A DNA stretch of 64,000 bases, taken from an uncultured Spirochaetota bacterium (GTDB lineage Bacteria > Spirochaetota > Spirochaetia > SZUA-6 > CAVTHK01). The stretch spans positions 32,001 to 96,000 of the forward strand of contig CAVTHK010000010.1 in assembly GCA_963734495.1 (NCBI GenBank), written 5' to 3'. Each line of letters begins with the position of its first letter. Position 1 is the first letter of the stretch. Shown one piece after another: positions 10,224 to 23,450 of this stretch. Below the pieces are notes generated by a model. It made no database searches, was not told where the DNA came from, and saw only the letters and a program-made list of their open reading frames with translations. A program made the position numbers and the translations under genes.

Positions 10224-10985
10224 AAAGCGAGAAGATCCAGGTAACGGACAGCCTCCTCGTACCCGAGAGGGACGAGACTTCCGTATTCTCGGCGTGGAGG
10301 ATCACGTTCTTCGGCGGCGATCGGCCTGCTCGTGATCCTCCCGCTGGTCTCGCCGGACCCCTACCGCAAGATCCTCGAGTTCCTGCCCGACGGGATTCTG
10401 CAGACCTTCGAGGTCACGGTGCTCTCGATCGTGTTCGCCACCGTCGTCGGGCTGATCACCGGCATCGGCCGCATCTCGCGGATCAGGATCGTCAACCGCA
10501 TCGCCACGATCTACGTCGAGGTGATCCGCGGCATCCCGCTGCTCGTCCAGCTCTTCTACATCTACTATGCCCTCGGCAAGATCGTGCAGGTGCCGCGCAT
10601 CACGGCCGCGGTCGTCGCCATGACGATCTGCTACGGCGCCTACATGGGGGAGATCTTCCGCGCCGGCATCCAGGCGGTCCCGCGCGGACAGATGGAGGCG
10701 GCGCTCGCGCTCGGGCTCACGCGCGCGCAGGCGCTGCGCCGCATCATCCTGCCCCAGACGATCCGCATCGTGCTGCCGCCGATCGGCAACGAGTTCATCG
10801 CGCTGCTCAAGGACTCGTCGCTCGTCTCGATCCTGGCGGTCTCGGACCTGCTGCGGCGAGGCGGGAGTACGCCTCGAAGACCTTCTTCTATTTCGAGTCC
10901 TACACCGTGGTCGCTCTGTGCTACCTGGTGATGACGCTGTTTTTCTCGCGCCTCGTCGCGATCATGGAAGAGAGGCTTTCCAGGC

Positions 10986-10993
<8 letters not shown>
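10211..10993 (+). CDS. Polar amino acid ABC transporter permease (start approximate, frameshifted)
   Basis: YVEVIRGIPLLVQL, EIFRAGIQAVPRGQMEAA, NEFIALLKDSSL. Confidence 0.88.
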
Positions 10994-11721
<728 letters not shown>

Positions 11722-11751
11722 CGCCGCCGGCGGTTTCCGCGCGGCCGCCGC

Positions 11752-12570
11752 TCACATCATCCCGTAGTAGCTGATGAACGAGATCTCGTTGCGCACCTCG
11801 CGCACGCCCGGGACGCCCTTGGCGACTTCGACCGCCTTTTCCGCGTTCTTCAGGGCGCTCACCGCGCCGAGCAGCGTCACGACGCCGTCGCTCACGCGCG
11901 CTTCCAGGAACTGCACGGGCACCGCCTGGTCGTACAGGATGCGCGTCTCCACCTGCTGCCCCAGGGCGAGGTCGGACAGCAGCGAGCGCGCCGCGCTCTC
12001 GTGCTTCGACACGGCGAAGGGCTCGAGGGCCCTCTCGATCATGTCGGCCACGGTCTCGGCGTCGATGTGGGCCGTGTTGATCACGAGGTCGTAGATGGCC
12101 GGATCGTCCCAGTTCACGTTGAAAAAGTAGCGCCAGAAGCCCGATCGATCGTGGTCGGTGTGGCGCAGGATCTGCTCCGCCTGGTTGTCCTTGACCTTGA
12201 GCTGCGCCGCGATCCGCCGGACCCTGACCTCCCGTGGAGCGGTCACGCGCACGTGCAGCGTGCCCGGCAGCTCGCCGAGCAGGATCGGGCTGCCCCGCCC
12301 CACGATCACCGTGTTGCCGCGGGCAGCCTGCTCGTAGATCACGGCCTTCAGGAAGTGCAGGTAGCGGTCGCGGTCCGACGAGAACGCGTCCCAGACCGAG
12401 GGGCGTTTCTCGTCGTACTTCTCGAGTTTACGCTCGGTGATGCCGCGCTCCCCGAGCGCCTTGTCGAGCACGGCCTTGTCTACGAGGGTGTAACCGAGGC
12501 GTTTCGCCAGCGTCTCCGCGGCTTCGTTCCCGAGGCTCCCGAGCTCGCGCGAAACAGTGATGATTGCCAT
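11752..12570 (-). CDS. Cytidylate kinase-like family protein with C-terminal BON domain
   Basis: [29 protein letters not shown]-like [10 protein letters not shown]...[11 protein letters not shown]. Confidence 0.85.
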   Translation of the reverse strand: MAIITVSRELGSLGNEAAETLAKRLGYTLVDKAVLDKALGERGITERKLEKYDEKRPSVWDAFSSDRDRYLHFLKAVIYEQAARGNTVIVGRGSPILLGELPGTLHVRVTAPREVRVRRIAAQLKVKDNQAEQILRHTDHDRSGFWRYFFNVNWDDPAIYDLVINTAHIDAETVADMIERALEPFAVSKHESAARSLLSDLALGQQVETRILYDQAVPVQFLEARVSDGVVTLLGAVSALKNAEKAVEVAKGVPGVREVRNEISFISYYGMM

Positions 12571-12728
12571 CGCCGCACCTCCTGGTCAGCAAGTATAGGA
12601 CCTGCACGGTGCGGCGCGCAAACCGGATTTTCGCAAGCAGCACGGAGGCGAAGCGCGCTGCCACGGCGTCTCGGGCTCGCCCGGCGCTCCGCGGGCCCGC
12701 CCTGGAACGTCGGGCTACGACGCGTCGG

Positions 12729-15535
12729 TCACGGCGCCCTCGGGTACAGCACCACCCTGATGTAGCGGTCCGCCGGGAGGGCTGCGCCGCGCGGTCGTCC
12801 GCCAGGGACGCAGCGTCGAGCGACGCCACGAGGTCGGCCCGCATCAGCAGGTCCTGCGGGTCCTCGAGCCGGCGCAGGGCAGTCGCGATCCCCTCGGCCC
12901 AGTACGCGTTGGTCTTGGAGGCCAGCTCGGTGTTGCGCCGCATGATCTCTTTCTGCTTCGCCACCGACGCCTCGTCCGGCCCCTCGTCCTGGATGCGCTT
13001 GATCTCGGCGAACATCCTCGCCGAGAGTTCATCGACCCTGCCCGGGTCGCAGCCGAACCCGACGAAGACGCGCCGCTCGCCCCGCGGGTTCCTCGAGGTG
13101 CTCGAGAAGACCCCCACGCCGTACGTCCCGCCCTGCTGCTCGCGCAGAACGTCGGTGAGGCGGCTTTCGAGAATGCCGCTCAGCGCTTCCAGGCGCACGT
13201 CCTCGGCGAGCGACCAGTCGAAGGGCGCGTCGAATACGTACTGCACGCGGCTGACGGGCTCGAGCCCGACGCGCACGGTCTCCTCCACCCTGCCCTCGGG
13301 AGGCGTCACGCCCCGGTCGCGCCAGGTCTCGCGCGTCCGCGCCGGGGGCAGCCCGCCCAGGTAGCTTTCCACCAGCGGCCGGATCGCCGGGAGATCGAAG
13401 GAGCCCACGAATACGAAGGTGAAGTCGCCCCCCGCGGCGAAGCGCTCGCGGTACACCGCCAGCGAACGCTCGAGGCTCATGGCTTTGAGCTTTTCGGGTG
13501 TGAGCGGCTCGGCGCGCGGAGTCGCGGTTGGTCATCAGCAGGCGGATCGTGTCTCCGAATACCGTGTCGGGGTTCGCGAGCCGGGTCTCGACCCGCTCGC
13601 GCAGGCCGTCGCGGTAGGTTCTGAAGGCCTGCTCGTCGGCGCGCGGCGCGTGAAGGACAGGTACACGAGCTGCAGCAGCGTCTCGAGGTCGCGGCTCGAC
13701 GAGGAGCCTTCCATCCCCTCGTAGATCTCGGAAAGGTACGGCGCGAGCCGCACCTGTTTCCCCGCCAGCTTCTTTTCGAGCTCGACTCTGGTGAAGGCCC
13801 CCAGCCCCGACTCCTGCAGAATCCCGATCGCGGTGACCGCGGCCACGTAGTCCTGGTCGCCCACGAGCGAATAGCCGCCCGGGCTCAGAGCCCGGAAGAG
13901 GATCTCGTCCTTCCTGAAGTCCGTCGGCTTGAGGTAGACCTGCGCCCCGTTCGCCAGACGCCAGTAGGTGACGCCGAGCGAAGGGATCGCGCGCTCCTCG
14001 ACGACCCGCGACGGCGCCGGCGGCGAGGCGACGAGCGGCTCCTCGCGGGTGGCGTCCTTGTAGGGCTCGAGCGCGGCGACGGCGACGCGGTCGAAGGCCG
14101 CGGCCAGGTCCGCCTCCGCGGGCGGCGCGAGCCCGGGCCTGGCCGGGGCGCTCACGGCGAGCACGGCGTTCTCGCGCGATATCCACGCGGCGCCGAGCGA
14201 GCTCACCTCCTGCAGCGCGATCCCCGGGACGAACCGCTTGTACAGGCTCGTATTCGTATGCGATTCCCGGGATCGTCTCGCCCTCCAGGAAATTGCCCAT
14301 GTACTCCCTGACGTAGGAGCCCGACGGCGTGTCCTCGCGCTCGTTGTAGAGCCGCTCCAGCCGCGCGAGCACCGCGTCCTTCTCGCGCGCGAGCTCGCTC
14401 TCCGTGAACCCGTACCTCCGCACTCGCTCCGCCTCGGTCAGCAGGGCCTCCAGCCCGGGCACGATCATCCCGTCCTTGGCGCGGCCGCCGAGGTAGGTCA
14501 CCCCCATGGTCCGCACGAGGTTGCTGCGCGAGCTGCCGGCGTCCAGCAGCGGGCTTCCGGGCCGCTGCACGACCTCGTCCAGCCGGGCGTTCAGCATCTC
14601 CGTGAACATGGACAGCACGATGGAGTCGCGATACTCCGCGACCGTCCTCATCTGCTCGGGAGGGCGCTTGGAGTACAGCGCGACGCGCGAAGCCGTCGCC
14701 TCCGGGTCGGTGACGATCGAGAATCGCAGCCCCTTGCCATCGGGCACTTCGAAGCGCGGCCTCTCGCGCTCTCCAGGCGGCCCCGGCCAGGCCGCCGAAC
14801 AGCTCGCGGACGCGGGCCTCGACCCTGGCGGCGTCGAAGTCGCCGACCGCGACGACCGCCATCAGGTCGGGACGATACCAGTCGTGGTAGAAGTCGCGGA
14901 TCCTCTGCGCCGGGCCGTGCTCGATCACGTCGAGCTCGCCGATCGGCAGTCGCTCGCGCGTACCGCGACCCGGCCAGGAGCGCGGGGATCTGCTTGTCCC
15001 GGATCCGCGCTTCGGCGCCGCGGCCCGTGCGCCACTCCTCGACGATCACGCCGCGCTCCTTGTCGATCTGCCTGTCGTCGAAGGTCACCGCCGAGGCCCA
15101 TTCGGAGAGGATGCGAAGGCCGGTGTCCAGGTTGTCCCAGCTGCGCGTCGGCACCTGCAGGCGATACACCGTCTCGTCGAAGCTGGTCGATGCGTTGAGC
15201 TCCGGCCCGAACTCGATCCCCATGGACTCCAGGTAGTGGATCAGCTGCTCTTCGGGAAAGCCCTTCGTCCCGTTGAACGCCATGTGCTCGACGAAGTGCG
15301 CGAGGCCCCTCTGGTTCTCGTCCTCCAGGACGGACCCGGCGTTGACGACGAGGCGCATCTCGGCGGTGTTTTCGGGCTTGCGGTTGGCGCGGATGTAGTA
15401 GGTGAGCCCGTTGGAGAGGCGGCCGACCGCGACCGCAGGATCGGTCGGCAGCGTCTCGCCCCTGCCGGGGATCGTCCGGCATCCAGCCACCGCGGCCACG
15501 ACAGCGGCAAAGACGAGAACTCGCGCTTTCTTCAC
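12729..15535 (-). CDS. M16 family zinc peptidase (PqqL-like) lipoprotein (frameshifted)
   Basis: AVAGC lipobox; GRLSNGLTYY; GLAHFVEHMAFNGT (HxxEH); second half LANGAQVYLKPTDF. Confidence 0.9.
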
Positions 15536-15643
15536 GTGCGGGAACCTCCGTCGGGCCCGTCAGAGAATGTACACAGGCCGCGCCGATTCCGCCCACCGCA
15601 GGGGGGCCGCAGGGGAGCCCGCTTCAGCAGCCTCGCCGCACGC

Positions 15644-16092
15644 TCAAGGTGCCCGCAGCCTGCGGGCCAGCTCTCTGTCGAGCGCGGCGGCAAAGCGGTG
15701 GGGCCCGCCGCGGAATCGGCGCCGCCCGGTCTCGATGCCGCCGCGGCGCAGGTCCGTGAGCAGGTTGCGCATCGCCAGGCGCTCGCCGATCGTGTCGCCT
15801 GTGTACACGTCGCCCCTGGGGTGAATCACGTCCACGCCGGCGGCCGCGAGGGCGGCCGCCAGGGGAATGTCGGCAGTCACGGCGAGGTCGCCGCTTCGCG
15901 CGCGCCGACGAAGGTAGCTGTCCGCCGAGCCTTCGCCCGACGGAACGAGCACGAATCGCACCCGCGGCGCGCGGTCGACCTCTATCGGCTTTGCCGCGAC
16001 GAAGACCACGTCCACCGTTATGCGCCGGCAGCGCGCTCGACGATCCGCCTGACCGCGGCCGGACACCCGTCGGCATCGACCCAGACGGTCAC
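15644..16092 (-). CDS. YaiI/YqxD (DUF188) family protein
   Basis: [34 protein letters not shown]. Confidence 0.85.
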
Positions 16093-17501
16093 CGGTGCGG
16101 GTCCGCGAAGCGGACGCGGATCGCCGTCATGATCTCGTAGAGGTGCACGAAGATGTCGACGAGCTCCGGGTCGAAGTGCTTGCCCGCCTGCATGTGGATG
16201 TGCTTGAGGGCGTGCTCGTCCTTCCACGGCGGCTTGTAGGCGCGACGCGAGACCAGGGCGTCGAAGACGTCCGCCAGCGCCACGATGCGCCCGAAGAGGG
16301 GGATCTCCTCGCCTCGCTTGCCCTCGCCGAAGTAGACCTTGTCGGCGTAGATGTCCTCGACGTGGCCCGGGATAGCCGGTGCCGTCCCAGTGCTCGTGGT
16401 GGTTGAGCGTGACCTCTTCGCACGCGCGGTCCCAGGAGTTGGTCGAGTGCCGGAAGAGCCGGGCGCCGTAGATCGTGTGATAGCGGACCAGGAGCTTCTC
16501 CTCGTAGGAGAGCGATCCGGCCTTGCGCAGGATGGAGTCGCTGACCGCGATCTTGCCGACGTCGTGCAGGATGGCCGCCGTTCTCAGGGCCGCCCTGTTC
16601 TTGTTGATCTCTTCGACGCTGAGGCCGCGCCGCTCGGCCCACACCTGGTAGATCTCGGTCGAATAGGCGCCGACGCGGCGCGCGTGCGCGGTGGTCTCGA
16701 AGGGGTCGTGCATCTCCGCGATGTCGACCATCCGCAGGACCATCTCGCGGGCGTCCCGCGCCTTTTCGATGGCGACGGCGGAGCTGTCGGCGAACTGCGT
16801 CACGATCTGCCTGGTCGCGCATGGAGAACGGCACGACGCCGCCGTGCTCGTCCTTGGCGTTGATCAGCTGCAGGACGCCCGACGACCCCCTCGTCGCGCA
16901 CCCGCAGGGGGCACGACCATGATCGAATGGCGTCCGGTAGTTGGTCTTTCGGTCGAACGAGGCGTTAAAGGTGTAAGAAACGTCGCTCTTGATGTCGTAG
17001 ACGTCGTCGATCATCAGCGGCTCGCCGGCGGCGGCCGCGTAGCCCGCGAGCGACTTCTTGTTCACGGGAAGCCGCGTAAGCGAGTACACGTACTTGTCGA
17101 CCGCGCTCTCCTGGTGGAACAGCGTGTCGTTCTGCACGTAGGAGAAGTAGAGGTAGTTGCCGGCGAGCATGTAGATGGTCCCGGCGTCGGCGTTGGCGAA
17201 GCGCCGGGCCTCGTGCAGCACCCACTCGAGCAGCGAGTCGAGGTCCTTGATGCGGGTGATGTCCGCGATCGACCGCCGCCAGATCGGGCCGCCCGTCGTC
17301 GCGAACCCTCGCCGGCAGCTCCTGCCTCGGCGCGGGCGAGGCCTCAGCGGGACGCGGCGCTGGCGGCGGCGCCTGGGGGACGGGCTGCGCCCGGGGCGCA
17401 GACGGCTTCGCAGGCGCGCCCGGCGGCCGCGGAGCACGTGAGACATCTGACACCGGCGTAGCCAGCCGGGTGTTTCCCTCTGCCTGTTGCAGTAGAGCCA
17501 T
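16089..17501 (-). CDS. GAF plus HD-GYP phosphodiesterase (frameshifted; start uncertain)
   Basis: ADAGTIY...QNDTL...[40 protein letters not shown]. Confidence 0.85.
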
Positions 17502-17667
17502 AGGGGAGTCACCGCAATTATAGACCAAAACAGCGGATATGACAGCCCGCAAATCCCGGTGGCGTGGACGGCATCGACCACGGGCACGCGAGGAGGCGGT
17601 GCCGCCCCCTGGTTCTGCCGCCCCTCGTTCTTGACCCTGCGGGGACCCCGGACTATGGTGGGACGCG

Positions 17668-18135
17668 ATGGGTCCGGAGCCGTTCGTGTGGGCGATCATC
17701 GGCATCCTGCTCATGGCGGCGGAAAGCCTGACTCCGGGCTTCTGGGTGATCTTTTTCGGCGCGGGCGGCCTGGTGACCGGGGCGCTCACCTGGCTCGTGC
17801 CTGGCCTCTCGGGCAGGTGGCACTTGCAGGTCCTCCTCTGGCTCGGTTCGTCCTCGCTGCTGCTCGCCCTGCTGCGGAGGGCCCTGCAGAGCCGCTTCGG
17901 CGGCAGGCGCGTCCCGGAGGATTCGATAGGCTCCCGGGCGGTCGTGGTCGAAGCCATCGCCCCGGGCAGGCCCGGGCGGATCAGGTTCGCAGGGACGACC
18001 TGGCGCGCGGAGAGTTACGACGAGGAGATCGCCGCAGGCGAGACGGTCGAGATCCTCGCGCGGGATAGTCTCACGTATTTCGTGTCGAGGCCTTTCCTCG
18101 ACGCGGGGGAACAACCGGGGGAGGAACAACCGTGA
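17668..18135 (+). CDS. NfeD family membrane protein (short form)
   Basis: AESLTPGFWVIFFG; C-terminal OB fold GRIRFAGTTWRA; upstream of SPFH genes. Confidence 0.85.
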   Translation: MGPEPFVWAIIGILLMAAESLTPGFWVIFFGAGGLVTGALTWLVPGLSGRWHLQVLLWLGSSSLLLALLRRALQSRFGGRRVPEDSIGSRAVVVEAIAPGRPGRIRFAGTTWRAESYDEEIAAGETVEILARDSLTYFVSRPFLDAGEQPGEEQP

Positions 18136-19112
18136 ACACGCTGTGGACCGCGGTGCTGGTGGCGGCCTTCTTCTTCATCTTCTATCGCCTCATCCGGATC
18201 ATCCCCGAGCAGGAGGCGTGGGTGCTCGAGCAGCTCGGCAAGTACCGCCGGACGCTGGGCGCGGGGCTCCACCTCGTGATCCCGTTCGCGCAGAGGGTCG
18301 CGTACAAGCACTCGCTCAAGGAGGAGGCGATCGACGTGCCGCCGCAGATCTGCATCACGCAGGACAACGTGCAGGTGACCGTCGACGGGCTGCTGTACCT
18401 CAAGGTCGTCGATCCCGCCAAGGCGAGCTACGGCATCGAGAACTACCGTTACGCCACCGCGCAGCTCGCGCAGACCACCATGCGCAGCGAGATCGGCAGG
18501 ATCTCGCTCGACCACACGTTCTCCGAGCGCGAGCATCTCAACGACTCGATCGTCAAGGCGGTGGACGAGGCGTCGGACGCGTGGGGCATCAAGGTCAACC
18601 GTTACGAGATCCGCGACATATCGCCGCCCGACAACGTTCTCGAGGCGATGGAGAAGCAGATGCGAGCCGAGCGCGAGAAGCGCGCCGAGATCCTCAAGAG
18701 CGAAGGCGAGAGGGAAGCCCGCATCAACCAGTCGAAGGGAGAGCGCGAGGAGGCGATCAACCTGAGCAAGGGCGAGCGGCAGAGGCGCATCAACGTGGCC
18801 CAGGGCCACGCGCGTGCCATCGAGCTGACGGCCGAGGCTACGGCGCAGGGCATCCGGGAGATCGCCGAATGCGATCCGCCAGCCTGGCGGCCGGGCGGCC
18901 ATGTCGCTGCGGGTCGCCGAGCAGTACGTCGCGCAGCTCGGCGACATCCTCGAGGCCTCGACCACCTCGGTGCTGCCTCCCGAGCTGGCAGGGATCAAGG
19001 GCGTCCTCGACGCGTCCTGCCCCAGGCCCGCGGCGCCCGCCGCTCCGCGCCCGCCGATCGACCACCTGCCGGGCCGCACGCGGCCCCGCTCCCAGAGGAG
19101 GGCAAGGCATGA
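18132..19112 (+). CDS. SPFH/stomatin-like (paraslipin) protein 1
   Basis: EQLGKY, QICITQDNV, AQTTMRSEIG, WGIKVNRYEI, QMRAEREKRA. Confidence 0.9.
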   Translation: MNTLWTAVLVAAFFFIFYRLIRIIPEQEAWVLEQLGKYRRTLGAGLHLVIPFAQRVAYKHSLKEEAIDVPPQICITQDNVQVTVDGLLYLKVVDPAKASYGIENYRYATAQLAQTTMRSEIGRISLDHTFSEREHLNDSIVKAVDEASDAWGIKVNRYEIRDISPPDNVLEAMEKQMRAEREKRAEILKSEGEREARINQSKGEREEAINLSKGERQRRINVAQGHARAIELTAEATAQGIREIAECDPPAWRPGGHVAAGRRAVRRAARRHPRGLDHLGAASRAGRDQGRPRRVLPQARGARRSAPADRPPAGPHAAPLPEEGKA

Positions 19113-20041
19113 ACCAGATCCTCACCTCGATCGTCCTCGCGCTCTTGGGCCTTTTCGTCGCGCGTCTCGATCCTACGCAGCGTCCGCATCGTGCCCGCGC
19201 AGAGCGCCCTCGTGGTCGAGCGGCTGGGCCGCTACGCCAGGACGCTCGAGGCAGGGTTCCACGTGCTCTTCCCGTTCATCGACCAGGTCCGGTACCGCCA
19301 CACGCTCAAGGAGCAGGCGCTCGACGTGCCCTCGCAGCCGTGCATCACGCTCGACAACGTCAAGGTCCAGGTCGACGGCGTGCTCTACATGAAAGTGATG
19401 GACCCGCGGAAGGCCAGCTACGGCATCGCCGACTACAAGTACGCCACGATCCAGCTCGCCCAGACTTCCATGCGCTCGGTCATCGGGAAGCTGGAGCTCG
19501 ACAAGACGTTCGAGGAGCGGCAGCAGATCAACGCCGCAGATCGTCAAGAGCGTGGACGAAGCCTCGGCCGCGTGGGGCGTCGACGTGACGCGGTACGAGA
19601 TCCAGAACATCCACGTGCCCGAGACCGTGCTCAAGTCCATGGAAGTGCAGATGATCGCCGAGCGCGACCGGCGCGCCGTGCTCGCGAAGAGCGTCGGCGA
19701 GATGGAGTCGCGCATCAACTACTCCATCGGGGTCATGGAGGAGGCCATCAACCGCAGCGAGGGCGAGAAGCAGCGCAGCGTCAACGAGGCCGAAGGCACC
19801 CGCGAGGAGATCCTCTCGCTCGCACGGGCCACCGCGGCCGGCCTGCGCAGCGTCGCTGCCGCGGTGGAGGCGTCCGGAGGCGAAGAGGCGGTCGTGCTGC
19901 GCATCACCGAGCAGTACATCGCGCAGCTGCGGCGCCTCGCGCGCAAGGGGACCAGCGTGGTGCTGCCCGATGGACCTCGCCGATTTCACCGGCGTTCTGA
20001 ACCAGGTGCGCGCCCTCGTCGAGGAGCGGACGAAGACCTGA
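19109..20041 (+). CDS. SPFH/stomatin-like protein 2 (tandem paralog, frameshifted)
   Basis: VERLGRY, QPCITLDNV, AQTSMRSVIG, WGVDVTRYEI. Confidence 0.88.
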
Positions 20042-20126
20042 GGCGCGCCTTGAGACGATCCGCGCCGCCCGCCATCATGCCCGCCGCGACGACGCGGCTG
20101 CTCGTTCACCGACACCAGGAGGAAGC

Positions 20127-21128
20127 ATGCTTTACCGGAAGCTCGGGCGCAGCGCCGTCGACGTCTCCGCGATCGCCCTCGGTTGCTGGGGTCTGTGCAG
20201 CGACCCCATGTGGGGCGAGACCGACGAGCGCGACGCGGTCGCCACGGTGCGGGCGGCGGTCGAGCGCGGCGATCACGCTCTTCGACACGGCCGAGGCCTA
20301 CGGGGCGGGCCAGTCCGAAGAGCGGCTCGGCAAGGCGACTCAAGGGCCTGCGGGACCGCGTCGTCATCGCGACCAAGGTGTCGACAAAGAACTGCGCGCC
20401 CGCGGACCTCGAGCGCTCCTGCGAGGCAAGCCTGCGACGGCTGCAGACCGACTCGATCGACCTCTACCAGATCCACTGGCCGATGACCGCCGGGGCTTCT
20501 CCCTCGAGGCCGCGCTCTCCGCGATGGAACGGCTCCGCGAATCCGGCAAGATCCGGCTCATCGGCGTCTGCAACTTCGGCGTCGTCAATCTCTCCGAGAT
20601 CCCCGACCCTTCGGTGATCGTTTCGGACCAGCTCCCCTACAGCCTGCTGTGGCGGGCCCTCGAGTTCGAGATCCTCCCCCGCTGCGCCGCGCTCGGCATC
20701 GGCACGCTCACCTACAGCACGCTCCTGCACGGGCTGCTCAGCGGGAAGTACCGGTCGGCGCGACGAGTTCCCGCCGGACCGGGCGCGCACGCGGCACTTT
20801 TCGCGGAGGCGGCCGCAGACGCGCCACGGCCAGGAGGGCGTTCGAGGAGCTCACGTTCGGCACGATCCGGCGCATCCAGGACGCTCTGCGACGAGGCCGG
20901 GATGCCCATGGCGCAGGCGGCCCTCGCCTGGGCGGTCGGCAGGCCGGGGATCACGTCGGTTCTCGCCGGCGCGCGCACGCCGGCTCAGGTCGCGGAGAAC
21001 GCGGCACGCCGTGGAGGAGCACTGCGCCGCAGCGGCTGCTGGAGGCGCTGACCGCGGCGAGCGAAGACCTCAGGGCGGCGCTCGGCCCCGACCCCGACAT
21101 GTGGCAGTCACCCGGTCGCACGAGGTGA
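20127..21128 (+). CDS. Aldo/keto reductase (frameshifted)
   Basis: LFDTAEAYGAGQSE, IATKV, SLRRLQTDSIDLYQIHWP, GKIRLIGVCNF. Confidence 0.88.
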
Positions 21129-22343
21129 GAGCGTCCCGCCTCGCGGTCCCGTGCCGCGGTCACGGGGTACATCTACCTTCTCATGTTCGTCTATGCCTTT
21201 TCCACGACCATGATCGGGCCGCTCATGCCCGAGCTCGTCGGCTACTACCGCGTGGATCCTCGGGGCCGGCGGCCTCCTCGTCACGTTCATGAGCGTCGGC
21301 GGCATCCTCGCCATGCTCGCTCGGGGGCGCCCTCGCCGACAGGGGCAGCAAGCCGCGCCTCATCGCGATCTGCTTTCTCGCGTACGCGCTGGTCCTGCTG
21401 CTCGCCGGCCGCGGGCCCTGGCTCGCCGCTGCTGTACGCGCTGTTCTTCGCGCTCGGGGCCGAGCACGCGCTACATGGACATGGTCGCCAACGCGCTGGT
21501 CGCGGACCTGCACGCCGACCGCAAGGAGCGCGCCCTCAGCCTGCTGCACGCGATCTTCGGCGTGGGAGCGCTCCTCGGACCTCTCTACGCCCGGGTGCTC
21601 GTCGATGCGACGGGGGCCTGGACCAACGCCTACACGCTCCTCGGCGCGGCAGGCCTCGCGGTGCTCGCGTCTCGGCTTTCCCTTCGTGCTCGGCGCGGCG
21701 CCCAGCGGAGCCCCGTGCCGGCGGCGGCTCGCGGGGGCGCCGGGCGCCTGCTGCGCTCACGCGACGTGTGGCTCCTCGCCGCGATCCTCTTTCTCTACGT
21801 CGTCCATCAGTCGGGGCTCACGGTCTGGCTTCCGACCTACATGGAGCGGGAGATGGGCGCCTCGAAATGGCTCGCGAGCGTCGGCCCCTCGCTGCTCTGG
21901 CTGGGAATCGTGGCGGGGCGGTTTCTCACCTCGGCGCTCGCCATGCGCCTGGGAGGCCGCAGGATCCTGGTCTGGGGCCACGTCGCCGGCGGGCGTGGCG
22001 CTGACGGCGGCGGTGCTCTCTCGCTCGCAGGCGCCCTGGCGGCGGGCGTCGTCGCCGCCGGGGTCGCGACCGGCTGCCGCCTACCCGCTCACGGTCGCGA
22101 TCGCCTGCGCGCGGCACCCCCGCGAAACGGGCGCCGTGACGTCGATGCTGTTCGTCAGCGGAAGCCTCGCCCGCATGGTGTACCCGTGGGCCGTCGGCGC
22201 TCTGGCCGCCCTCGATGGGCCTGTTTCCCGGCATGCTCGTCACGGGCGTCGCCCTGCTGGCGGGAGGCGCTCTCGCGCTGCGCCTCCGCGATCGGACCGC
22301 GATGGGCGCGACGAACGCGACGGCGCGGCAGGGCGCGCGATAG
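21125..22343 (+). CDS. MFS transporter (heavily frameshifted)
   Basis: Multiple TM fragments; LSLLHAIFGVGALLGP, WLPTYM. Confidence 0.7.
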
Positions 22344-22354
22344 CCGCCGGTGGC

Positions 22355-23404
22355 TCACCCGACGCGAACGCCGAGCAGCGACCCTTCCGATCTGCGCGAG
22401 CCTGTCGAGGTCGCCGACCCAGGTCCACATCTGGAAGAGGTTGGTCGCCTCGCTTCGGCCCTCGGCCCCGCCGACGGGCTCCCCGCTGCACTCGATCTCA
22501 GCGAGCCCGCTCGCATCGCCGCCGCCGTTGCGCACGCGCGCCGAAAAGCCGCGCCCCCCGGCGGCTGCCGTCTGCCTGCCCGCGGCGGCGGGCTCGTCGG
22601 CATACGCGGCCGAGGGGTTGCTCAAGAAGCTCCGCACCAGGAGGGCCGTCTGTCCGTCGGGCCTGCTCACGAGATACCCCATGCGGCCCCAGAGGGATCC
22701 CGCCTTGTACCCCACGCCGAAGCAGCCGGTCTCCGTCGAGCCTCAGCCGGACGCACCCCGGCCCGATGCTCTGGCAGTCGAGCCCCGCGGGCTCGCCGAT
22801 GTCGCGGTACTCCACCTCGCCGACGTCGGCACCACCAGCGTCCCGCCCGGATGCAGCCGGGCGAGCACGCGGGCCTCGCTCGCCACGCCGTCGCGGCTCG
22901 CCTCGAGCAGCGTCACCTCGTGCTCGAACCCCGCGTAGCGCGTGCTGCGGCCCAGGCTGCGCCCCTCGTCGAGCGACCGCAGGGGGTCCGCGCAGGGACG
23001 CACGATCCGCTCGACGCTCAGGTGCTTGCGGCCGCTCGCGACGACCTTCGCTTCCAGCACCAGGTCCTGCCGCACCCGCACCCCGCGGCCGCGCGCGGAA
23101 AGGGCGTGCGCCGATGGAATCGGCCGTGTTTCGCCGCCGTCGAGCACGACCCGCACCCTTTCACCCCCGAGGTCCCGTCCCGCCGCCCGCGACGAACCGC
23201 TCGAAAGCCGCGGGCGAGCCAAGCGAACGGCTCGACCTGCAGAAGGCTCTCCGCCTCCTCGCCCCAGAACGGCCCGAGGACGCACCCTCCGCGGGCCGTC
23301 ACGACGACCTGGCACCCCTCGGCGATCTCGAGCTCCTCGAACCGGACGGCCTGTTCGGCCAGCCGGCCCTTACGGCGGAAAGGACGGCCGGTCCCATGGT
23401 TCAT
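22355..23404 (-). CDS. Hypothetical protein (possibly DUF6786-like; frameshifted)
   Basis: Stitched fragments TARGGCVLGPF..., YAGFEHEVTL..., GRMGY...LLVRSFLSNPSAAYADEP, AEIECSG; family from recall only. Confidence 0.5.
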
Positions 23405-23450
23405 CCCGCCCCGGTCGGGGCAACCGGCGCCGTCGCGCCGACACGGCGCA

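Noticed and set aside
17668-20041. NfeD plus two SPFH genes as a novel system
   Set aside because: A known, widespread operon type.
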